DNA from: Candidatus Azotimanducaceae bacterium
GTDB taxonomy: Bacteria; Pseudomonadota; Gammaproteobacteria; Pseudomonadales; Azotimanducaceae
Length of the DNA: 64,000 nt
Assembly: GCA_965217655.1 (NCBI GenBank)
Contig: OZ244560.1
Span: forward strand, 1,828,936 to 1,892,935
Reading direction: 5' to 3'
Made by a program: the position numbers and the translations under genes. Below are positions 47,901 through 55,319 of this stretch, piece by piece. The first letter of the stretch is position 1. Every line of letters begins with the position of its first letter. The notes under the pieces were generated by a model. That model saw only the letters and a list, made by a program, of their open reading frames with translations. It had not been told where the DNA came from and did no database searches.

Positions 47901-49238
47901 TTGCTACGCGAATACTGGCGTTTTTTCTGGCCTCTGGCACTGACTGGCATCGTCATGGTGCTTGGCACGCAATTTCAAAACGGCGTGCTCGCAAGGTACC
48001 CGGCGGCAGTCACCGAACTCGCCATTTTTGCTATTGCCAGCAGTATCTTCAGTTTGCTCCATGCCGGTGTCAATTTTCTCTCTCAAATGTCCAATGTCTA
48101 CGCTCGTTCAAGACATGGGCTCATCACAACGCTCCAGTTTGTGGTGCTGATTTCCACGCTCCTGGGGATCATTTTATCGATTCTCGCATTCACACCTGTC
48201 GGGCCGGTGTTAATCGCAAAGGTCTATGCTGTTGATGCAGACATCGTCAGTCGTGTTGTCGTATACATGAAGCTCTTTGTGCCGTTGATTATTATCGACG
48301 GCCTACGTCAGTTTCAAATGGGTTTGCTGGTGCAAAGTCGGATGACTGGCCGGGTATCTATTCTCAATGCAGTGTATCTGTCGACCATCATTGCCAGCCT
48401 GGTGATTGGCTTCAACGCAAGTTTTTCTGCCCCTTTTGTACTCGCAGGTTCACAGATTGTGGCGTCCCTGGTCCATTTCGTATTACTCGCAGTGGTAATC
48501 TTCAGGGATTATCACCTGCCGGTTAAACAGGATCATCAGGATTTACACTTCAGTGAACTGCTTCGATTCTTTATCCCGGTCTCGACGACGGGTCTGATGT
48601 TTGCGATCAGCAGACCAGTGCTGTACGCGTTGATTGCACGCACACCAGAAGCAATCGTCAGCATCGCTGCCATGCGTGTCGGTTTTGACGTGTCATCACT
48701 GTTCCAGATGACTGCCAACCAGTTTCGACATTTTTTTGTCACCTTTGGCGATTCACATCTAAAAGAAAAACGACTGTTTATGGTACTGGTTGGTGCAGGT
48801 ATCACAGTGATTATGTTGTTGATAGCGGCAACACCCCTGAGCACATTTTTACTGTCAAATCTGATTGGTATCACAGGAAATCTGCTGGCCTACTCCAGAG
48901 AAGTACTCCTCATTATGTGTATTCTTCCGGGATTGATTCTGTGGCGGAATTATTATCACGGCCTGTTAATGATAAGGCGCAAGACAACTGGTATGGCTAT
49001 GGGTGGTATTGCCCGTGTACTGGGAATCTATCTGTTCGCACAGGTATTTTATGTGCTGGGTCACCTGAATTACCTGACAGGCGCATCCATCCTGCTGCTT
49101 GGCGTTTTCCTGGAAGCGATCATCGTCATGATGATTTACAGGCGATTTGTAAAACCGGAATCAGTACAGGGTACAGAGCCGCAATCGTACCGGCAAAAAT
49201 CAGTTGCCTCTACAGACAGTTTACCTGACAACGTTTAA
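47901..49238 (+). CDS. Polytopic membrane protein, MATE/MOP-superfamily-like
   Basis: 445 aa with about 12 TM segments. The family call is from overall architecture only. Confidence 0.45.
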   Translation: MLREYWRFFWPLALTGIVMVLGTQFQNGVLARYPAAVTELAIFAIASSIFSLLHAGVNFLSQMSNVYARSRHGLITTLQFVVLISTLLGIILSILAFTPVGPVLIAKVYAVDADIVSRVVVYMKLFVPLIIIDGLRQFQMGLLVQSRMTGRVSILNAVYLSTIIASLVIGFNASFSAPFVLAGSQIVASLVHFVLLAVVIFRDYHLPVKQDHQDLHFSELLRFFIPVSTTGLMFAISRPVLYALIARTPEAIVSIAAMRVGFDVSSLFQMTANQFRHFFVTFGDSHLKEKRLFMVLVGAGITVIMLLIAATPLSTFLLSNLIGITGNLLAYSREVLLIMCILPGLILWRNYYHGLLMIRRKTTGMAMGGIARVLGIYLFAQVFYVLGHLNYLTGASILLLGVFLEAIIVMMIYRRFVKPESVQGTEPQSYRQKSVASTDSLPDNV

Positions 49239-49460
49239 AAAAATTACAGACTATCAGGATTCACGGTGAGCCTTTTCCGAGTTGATGAAAGTCCACCCTC
49301 TGTCATGAGCCTTCAGCGGGTTACCATTAAAAAGCCTCCACACAAGAATTGTCAGACAAATTTTAACTTCAGTTAATATTTTCAAACGTCTATGCTTGCA
49401 GTAACAGGCTAATGAGTCAGTCCCGCTGGTAGGAGTGTCTGTCCCGCTGAAAGGAGAATT

Positions 49461-51017
49461 TTGAAAACAAGCCAAGAATGGATACAACCACAACTGCCGG
49501 ATTATAGAGATTACCAGAGATATTTTGGTCTGGATTTCTACCTGACACCAGTATTCGTGATGTCCAGTATTGTCATTGTGGCCTTTGTCGTTGGTTCTCT
49601 ACTCTTTCAGGAGGATGCGACAAGAGTTTTTGGTGACACCCGCATCTGGCTCACAACGAACCTTGATTGGTTTTTCATGATCACTGCTAATCTTGCCCTT
49701 CTGTTTTGCCTGTTAGTAGCATCCTCTTCTCTCGGCAAGATACGGCTCGGGGGGGCCGATGCAAAACCTGAGTACTCCAACCTGACCTGGCTTTCGATGC
49801 TCTTCGCAGCAGGTGTGGGCATAGGTCTGCTGTTTTTCGGGGTTGCTGAGCCGGTCTATTACTTCTATGCCCCTCCACTCAGCATTACCCCCGAAACAGC
49901 AGAGGCCGCAACCGCCGGTATAGCAGCATCGGTCTTTCACTGGGGTCTGCACGGTTGGGCAATTTATAGCATCGTGGGACTTTCTCTCGCTTTCTTCGCC
50001 TATAACCGGGGACTTCCTCTTACAATACGTTCAGTGTTCTATCCACTGTTGGGAGACCGCATCTGGGGCTGGCCTGGACACATCATTGATACTTTCGCCA
50101 TATTCGCAGGAATGTTTGGCCTTGCAACCTCGCTCGGATTGGGTGTTCAACAGATCACCTCCGGGCTCAATTATCTGTTTGATGTACCTGCGAACAACAT
50201 CACCATGCTGGTGTTGATTACCGTGATTACAATTATCGCTATGATATCGGTACTGACAGGGATTAATGTCGGTATCAAGCGTCTCAGCCAGTTCAACATG
50301 ATTCTCGCGTTCATATTGCTGTTGGCGGTTATAGTATTCGGCCCGACGTTTTACATTTTCCACAGTATCTTTGCCGGACTGGGTGACTATTTCATGAGGA
50401 TTGTGCCACTGAGCAACTGGGTAGGACGTACGGATTCCAGCTTTCTGCATGACTGGACCACGTTTTACTGGGCGTGGTGGATATCCTGGGCGCCGTTCGT
50501 TGGTACATTCATTGCCAGAGTTTCAAAGGGTCGGACGATTCGCGAATTTGTAATCTTTGTACTGCTCTTGCCGACGGTTCTATGTTTGCTGTGGTTTAGC
50601 GCCTTTGGGGGTACTGCGCTACACCAGTACATCACTGACGGCTATACCGGCGTGACGGAGAACGTTGTTGCTTTCAATCTGGAATTTGCACTATTCAAAA
50701 TGTTCGATCAACTTCCTTTGACGTTGCTGCTTTCCTCATTCGCCATGATTCTGACAATCATTTTTTTCGTTACCTCATCTGATTCCGGCTCGCTGATCAT
50801 TGCCACATTTGCAGCTGGCAGCAAGGATGATTCACCAGTATCTCAACGTGTTTTCTGGTGTATTCTTGAGGGGTTGGTCGCCACCGCGTTGCTACTGGGC
50901 GGAGGTCTGGTTGCGTTACAGGCAGCCTCGCTCGCAACCGGCTTCCCGTTCGCCTTTGTTCTATTGGGGATGGCAGTCTGTGTCTGGATAGAGCTTCGCC
51001 ACGAACAACGACTCTAA
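49461..51017 (+). CDS. BCCT-family (betaine/carnitine/choline) transporter
   Basis: The signature WTTFYWAWWISWAPFVGTFIARVSKGRTIREF. TTG start after AAGGAG. Confidence 0.88.
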   Translation: MKTSQEWIQPQLPDYRDYQRYFGLDFYLTPVFVMSSIVIVAFVVGSLLFQEDATRVFGDTRIWLTTNLDWFFMITANLALLFCLLVASSSLGKIRLGGADAKPEYSNLTWLSMLFAAGVGIGLLFFGVAEPVYYFYAPPLSITPETAEAATAGIAASVFHWGLHGWAIYSIVGLSLAFFAYNRGLPLTIRSVFYPLLGDRIWGWPGHIIDTFAIFAGMFGLATSLGLGVQQITSGLNYLFDVPANNITMLVLITVITIIAMISVLTGINVGIKRLSQFNMILAFILLLAVIVFGPTFYIFHSIFAGLGDYFMRIVPLSNWVGRTDSSFLHDWTTFYWAWWISWAPFVGTFIARVSKGRTIREFVIFVLLLPTVLCLLWFSAFGGTALHQYITDGYTGVTENVVAFNLEFALFKMFDQLPLTLLLSSFAMILTIIFFVTSSDSGSLIIATFAAGSKDDSPVSQRVFWCILEGLVATALLLGGGLVALQAASLATGFPFAFVLLGMAVCVWIELRHEQRL

Positions 51018-51763
51018 TTCACATGCGCCATACCACCGTCCACTGCCACGACTTCACCCGTTATGTAGCGCGACGCATCGGACGCAAAGAAAAGCACCAC
51101 GTCCGCAACATCGGCGCCATCGCCCCAACGTTTGAGTGAGATCATTTTTTCCAGGTTCTCAATAAGACCCGGAATATTCCGGCGGTTGTCTTCCCAGATT
51201 GCCGTCGTGATCAGACCTGGACAGATTGCGTTTACCCGAATTCCCCGGGGTCCCCAGTCCGCAGCCAGGGCACGGGTCATGGCATCCACCGCTCCCTTGG
51301 TGCCCGCATAGGCAACCCGGCCTGTGGGACCGCGCAGACTGGCAATGGAAGAGATGTTGATAACCGAGCCGCCGCCACGCTCGATCATGCCGGGTCCCAG
51401 ACCCAGCGTGAGCATTAACAGGGAACGGACATTGATCGAGAACACCAGGTCAAAGTCTTCCTCGGTGACTTCATCCGGTTTACGCCGCATGGGTATACCG
51501 GCATTGTTTACCAGGATGTCGACGCCACCGACCGTATCCAGCACACGTTGCGCAAGAGCCGTACCGGCACGGGGAGGAGAAAGATCAGCTTCCAGGATTA
51601 CCGGATCGTTTTTGAGGTCGGCAGCCACCCGCTCCAGATCTGACAGTGTGCGCCCACTGAGGACCACGCGAGCACCAGCGGCGTCCAGCGCTCGTGCGCT
51701 CGCTTCGCCAATCCCCCGGCTGGCGCCTGTGACAACAGAAATCTTACCGTTCAATTCGTACAT
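51014..51763 (-). CDS. Short-chain dehydrogenase/reductase
   Basis: TGASRGIGEA, NNAG and YAGTKGAV (YxxxK). The ATG at 51763 is preceded by GAGAGGAG. Confidence 0.88.
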   Translation of the reverse strand: MYELNGKISVVTGASRGIGEASARALDAAGARVVLSGRTLSDLERVAADLKNDPVILEADLSPPRAGTALAQRVLDTVGGVDILVNNAGIPMRRKPDEVTEEDFDLVFSINVRSLLMLTLGLGPGMIERGGGSVINISSIASLRGPTGRVAYAGTKGAVDAMTRALAADWGPRGIRVNAICPGLITTAIWEDNRRNIPGLIENLEKMISLKRWGDGADVADVVLFFASDASRYITGEVVAVDGGMAHVN

Positions 51764-51906
51764 ACATAAGCTCCTCTCAAGCACTATCCTGTCTGTTAGC
51801 GCCGATATTCTACAACATGTCAGACCAGGTCTGGTTTACTCCGATGTTTTCAAATGGTGGAGATTTATCTGGAACTGACGGATTGGCACTATGGATATTT
51901 CAATGA

Positions 51907-52326
51907 TCAGGACCCGGGCAGGGTCACCGTTGCAGTACCAAAGACGCGTGTTTCATTCTGTTTGTTCTTGATGGAGAGATCGAGTATCACCTCGTTCTTA
52001 TCTTCATCAATATCGGTAACCACGGCACCGACGATATGTTCATGGTCCGCCAGCATCGGCGCCCTGAATACTGTATCGATCTGTTTGATCGTACCCTTCG
52101 GCGCCCATTCGTGGATCACTTTAGTCAGCAACCCCATTCCCATAATGCCTGGCACCAGTGCACCGGGCAGGCCCTGAGCACGCGCCTTGTCATGATCCTC
52201 GAAACGGCCTCCACCGGAATAACCAACAGCTTCGGCAAAGCGACGTGTGGCTTCCAGTGTGGTATCAGGTTCAACATCGGGTAGATCCATCCCGAATTCC
52301 ACGTCGGAAAGTACCTGTACAGTCAT
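51907..52326 (-). CDS. MaoC-like (R)-hydratase hotdog subunit
   Basis: 139 aa. The motif region DHDKARAQGLPGALVPGIMGMG is typical of MaoC dehydratase. Confidence 0.75.
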   Translation of the reverse strand: MTVQVLSDVEFGMDLPDVEPDTTLEATRRFAEAVGYSGGGRFEDHDKARAQGLPGALVPGIMGMGLLTKVIHEWAPKGTIKQIDTVFRAPMLADHEHIVGAVVTDIDEDKNEVILDLSIKNKQNETRVFGTATVTLPGS

Positions 52327-52781
52327 GCCGGTCTCTCCCGAATCACCTGCCGCGAATCTGTGCTCGCCAGGTGGTTGCCGGCATCATCGTAGAGTTGCAT
52401 GCGGGACACCAGGAATACCATCGTGCCGGAACGCCCACTCTTGGCATATATATCGTGCAGATGGGTTCGTCCGGTCAGGGGCACACCGCACCGGACAGGT
52501 ACAATACTACTCACTGCCTTACCTCCATCCATGGATATTCCGCCCAGTGACGGAAAGTCGATGGGGAGTCGACGTCCTGACGCCAGACTGGCGAGTATGG
52601 GCAGGCACGCCTGAAAATTCGGGTGTGACGGGTCTGTAAACTCTGTTCTTGTCTCACCAAAGGCTGCAGCCACATTGACGGATCTATCCGCTTCGATGAC
52701 AAAGCCGGTACGATCGAATTCCAGGTCCAGAAACTCCGATCGCAATTTTTCGATGTCCGGTATTTCTGTCACTCGATTCAA
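52323..52781 (-). CDS. MaoC N-terminal-like hotdog subunit (non-catalytic partner)
   Basis: 152 aa. It overlaps both the upstream and the downstream gene by 4 nt. The pairing resembles heterodimeric HadAB-type hydratases. Confidence 0.6.
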   Translation of the reverse strand: MNRVTEIPDIEKLRSEFLDLEFDRTGFVIEADRSVNVAAAFGETRTEFTDPSHPNFQACLPILASLASGRRLPIDFPSLGGISMDGGKAVSSIVPVRCGVPLTGRTHLHDIYAKSGRSGTMVFLVSRMQLYDDAGNHLASTDSRQVIRERPA

Positions 52782-53296
52782 TTCGTCAGGATTTCGATTG
52801 CCTGATCGCAGGCTGTTTCTGCACGTCTTTTAATCTCGTCATGAGTCAGGCTGCCAAGCGGATGGTCCAGAAGAGCAAAGGGATAGTCGGGCAAGCCTAA
52901 CATGCGCGCCATGTTCCTGGCTGTGACCTCAAATGGCGAGGTACACAGGACCACAGCCCGCTTACCGGTCTGCTCAAAGGTGATACCGTCGTGCAAACTG
53001 CACGTCGAGCAACTTCCTCAGTCTCCTGATGCGGTAATCAGGTAATCGCACTCCGGCGAGAGATTGGTCAGTATATCCGACGATGCAGGTGCGCTGGCGT
53101 TACCCTTGACCATCATCGGCAAAACCCTGCCGCCGAACCGCGACTGTAATAATGCCGCGGTCTCCGTCAGTAATTTGTCACCGTTGACTTTATGGTTCCA
53201 CAACAGGCCAATGGTCAATCCATCGAGACTGGTGAGTGCCGGAGCCCTTTGCGATTCCTGAATGTTGGCGGGGATTGTTGGATCAACTAGTTTCAT
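52778..53296 (-). CDS. UGSC-motif protein, probable selenoprotein (in-frame TGA at 53020..53018 read as Sec)
   Basis: Track ORFs 53018..53296 and 52778..52996 are in the same frame. Read together they give ...DYLITASGD-U-GSCSTCSLHDGITFEQTGKRAVVLCTSPF.... The downstream ORF has only a TTG start and no RBS. A SECIS-like hairpin follows the TGA. Confidence 0.65.
52986..53020 (-). promoter_or_regulatory. UGA plus bacterial SECIS-like hairpin
   Basis: The mRNA reads UGA-GGAAGUUGC-UCGA-CGUGCA-GUU-UGCACG-ACGG. That is a perfect 6-bp apical stem with a GUU loop, extended by 3 more pairs across an A.A mismatch, starting 9 nt after the UGA. Confidence 0.55.
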
Positions 53297-53319
53297 GGCT
53301 ACTCTCTTATACTAAAGGC

Positions 53320-54360
53320 TCAGCAATCTATGCAGACGCCGATGGACTGCGTCTGCATGATGGAGCCCCTGCCGCGGCTCCAGGACGGTATAAAACACGA
53401 ATGACCACCAGCATCGCCACCGCCTACTGTGATGAGGATATCGTCCGGCACAAGACCGCGGTGGATGTCCTGTCTGTCCTGCTTGTCATTTTTTCTCTGG
53501 ATCTTTCCAAGTCGTTCCATGACCGTTCTGGGCTGCTTCGCCTGTTCGAACAGATATTCCCTGACATCTCCTTTCGTCCAGCCGCTTCGGGCAACAATCT
53601 CGACGTGTTCCGGGGAGAATATGACCACACTTTGTCCCGCACTGATACAGCCGTAGTTGGCCATGGCATCGGCCATGGTATCCAGAATGGCTTCCGGCGT
53701 ATTGCCTCCATGGTTTTCTACATTGCAGAACCCGGCACCCGCGAATACAGTGACCGAACTGACCCCTTCTGGATAACCGAACTCCTCGCACAACAATGGC
53801 CATGGATTCTTATCTGCCCGTTCGGCAATGCAAAAGCTGTATTTCCCGGGGTTCCCCTGCGTCGACTTGTCGGCGATTCCCGGAACGATCTTGAAAACGT
53901 TCATAAGCGTCAGTCGAATGGTGCGGCCGATTGTCGCGTTAGCACGATTACCGGGGCCAAAAAGGTTGACTCCCGCGTTCATGCCGATTTCATCGACAAT
54001 TGGTCCGCTGACAATCAGCAGGTGGCCGGAGCCGCCTGTACTGACTGTGCTGCCGTGGAAATTGAACGGTTCGCGATCCATCGCCTCGAATGCCGCCACA
54101 ATTACTGGAAAGTAATCGGGCAGACAACCTGCCATCACAGCGTTTACCGCTGCGGCGTGAACGGTCAACTCCAGTCCGGTTGCCGGGTGATGCGCCAGGA
54201 CGGTTTCTGCGGGTCTGCCTTCCATCACCATCATGGCTTTTACGCGGCTTTCTTCCGGGGGCACGACGGGCAGTCCATCAGTCCAGCCTTGTTCATAACA
54301 GAAGTCCATGGCCTCTAACAGATCATCTTGAACTTCGTGGATTGACTGTGCTTCTGACAT
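53320..54360 (-). CDS. Conserved-looking hypothetical protein (346 aa), first gene of the UGSC operon
   Basis: Protein-like composition (EQGWTDGLPVVPPEESRV..., ends GVCIDC). No family recognised. The antisense 360-aa ORF 53236..54318 is rejected. Confidence 0.6.
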   Translation of the reverse strand: MSEAQSIHEVQDDLLEAMDFCYEQGWTDGLPVVPPEESRVKAMMVMEGRPAETVLAHHPATGLELTVHAAAVNAVMAGCLPDYFPVIVAAFEAMDREPFNFHGSTVSTGGSGHLLIVSGPIVDEIGMNAGVNLFGPGNRANATIGRTIRLTLMNVFKIVPGIADKSTQGNPGKYSFCIAERADKNPWPLLCEEFGYPEGVSSVTVFAGAGFCNVENHGGNTPEAILDTMADAMANYGCISAGQSVVIFSPEHVEIVARSGWTKGDVREYLFEQAKQPRTVMERLGKIQRKNDKQDRQDIHRGLVPDDILITVGGGDAGGHSCFIPSWSRGRGSIMQTQSIGVCIDC

Positions 54361-54423
54361 GGAATATCTGTGTTAGGTCAAGGTCGCTATGTTACTAGTG
54401 TTCTGGGGGGGTCGTCAATAGTG

Positions 54424-54593
54424 ATGGGGTCAGAGTCAAGGAGTAAATGGGGTCAGAGTCAAGGAGTAAATGGGGTCAGAGTCAAGGAGTAAATGGGGTC
54501 AGAGTAAAATGAATTTTACTCCGACCCCATTTACCCCATTTACTCGCTCTGGCACTTGACTCTGACACCACTCTGGCATTTTACTCTGACCCC
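54424..54593. repeat. Composite palindromic repeat cluster related to the GGGGTC(A/G)GAGTAAA family
   Basis: 3 x 23 bp tandem ATGGGGTCAGAGTCAAGGAGTAA (54424-54492). Then a hairpin GGGGTCAGAGTAAAA..TTTTACTCCGACCCC, followed by reverse-oriented degenerate arms ending TTACTCTGACCCC. Confidence 0.8.
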
Positions 54594-54631
54594 GTGTCTC
54601 CAGATTAATTGAACTACGGAACAACAGTGAT

Positions 54632-55300
54632 ATGAATGCAGTTATTGGTAACAGGGTACCCAACTTTGCGGCTTCGGAATGGGTACAGGGAGCACCTACA
54701 AATTTTGACCAGGAATTGGATCACATCGTTCTGCTGGAAGTCTTTCAGGTCAACTGCCCGGGTTGCTTTTTGCATGGGATACCCGAGGCAATCAACATTC
54801 ACAACAGATACAAGGATGAGGGGGTGCGCGTACTGGGCATGGCCACTGCCTTCGAGGATTTTGACAAGAATACACTGGAGAATTTACAACTGCTTGCCGG
54901 AACCGGCAGGGTTATAGGGGAGACCAGAATGGCACTTGGCATGAATGGGGTGCTCAGAGATGGTGACAGACTGACCTACGGCATTCCATTTCCACTCGGA
55001 ATGGACAACCTTACAAGGACGAGTGGTGAAGTCAGCATGGAGAATATCATGGAGTTCATCTATCAACAGTTTGCTGAGTTTGACTCAAAGCCAGAGAATT
55101 TCAGAAACGAGTTCATTGAAAGAGTACGTAACTACTTGGAATCAAAAGAATACTCGGCAGAGACCTTTGAGAAATTTGAGCTACGGGGAACGCCCTCTAC
55201 AATTCTGGTCGACAGAAAGGGAATCCTCAGGGATGTATCATTTGGACAGCCAGGGCACATTGACGGAATGATTCAAAAACTGCTGGACGAGGTAAAATAA
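54632..55300 (+). CDS. Thioredoxin-fold protein (TlpA/peroxiredoxin-like, CPGC active site)
   Basis: VLLEVFQVNCPGCFLHGIP; 222 aa. Confidence 0.7.
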   Translation: MNAVIGNRVPNFAASEWVQGAPTNFDQELDHIVLLEVFQVNCPGCFLHGIPEAINIHNRYKDEGVRVLGMATAFEDFDKNTLENLQLLAGTGRVIGETRMALGMNGVLRDGDRLTYGIPFPLGMDNLTRTSGEVSMENIMEFIYQQFAEFDSKPENFRNEFIERVRNYLESKEYSAETFEKFELRGTPSTILVDRKGILRDVSFGQPGHIDGMIQKLLDEVK

Positions 55301-55319
55301 ATAAATGGGGTCGATCCTG

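Noticed and set aside
53236-54318. 360-aa plus-strand ORF antisense to the 346-aa gene
   Set aside because: Its composition is rich in Arg, Cys and His, it has no motifs, and it is the mirror frame of a well-behaved minus-strand ORF that fits the operon. I treat it as an antisense artefact. The same reasoning applies to 2460..3155 (+), 3334..4053 (-), 9718..10467 (+), 26555..27166 (+), 42579..43106 (+) and 60941..61540 (-).
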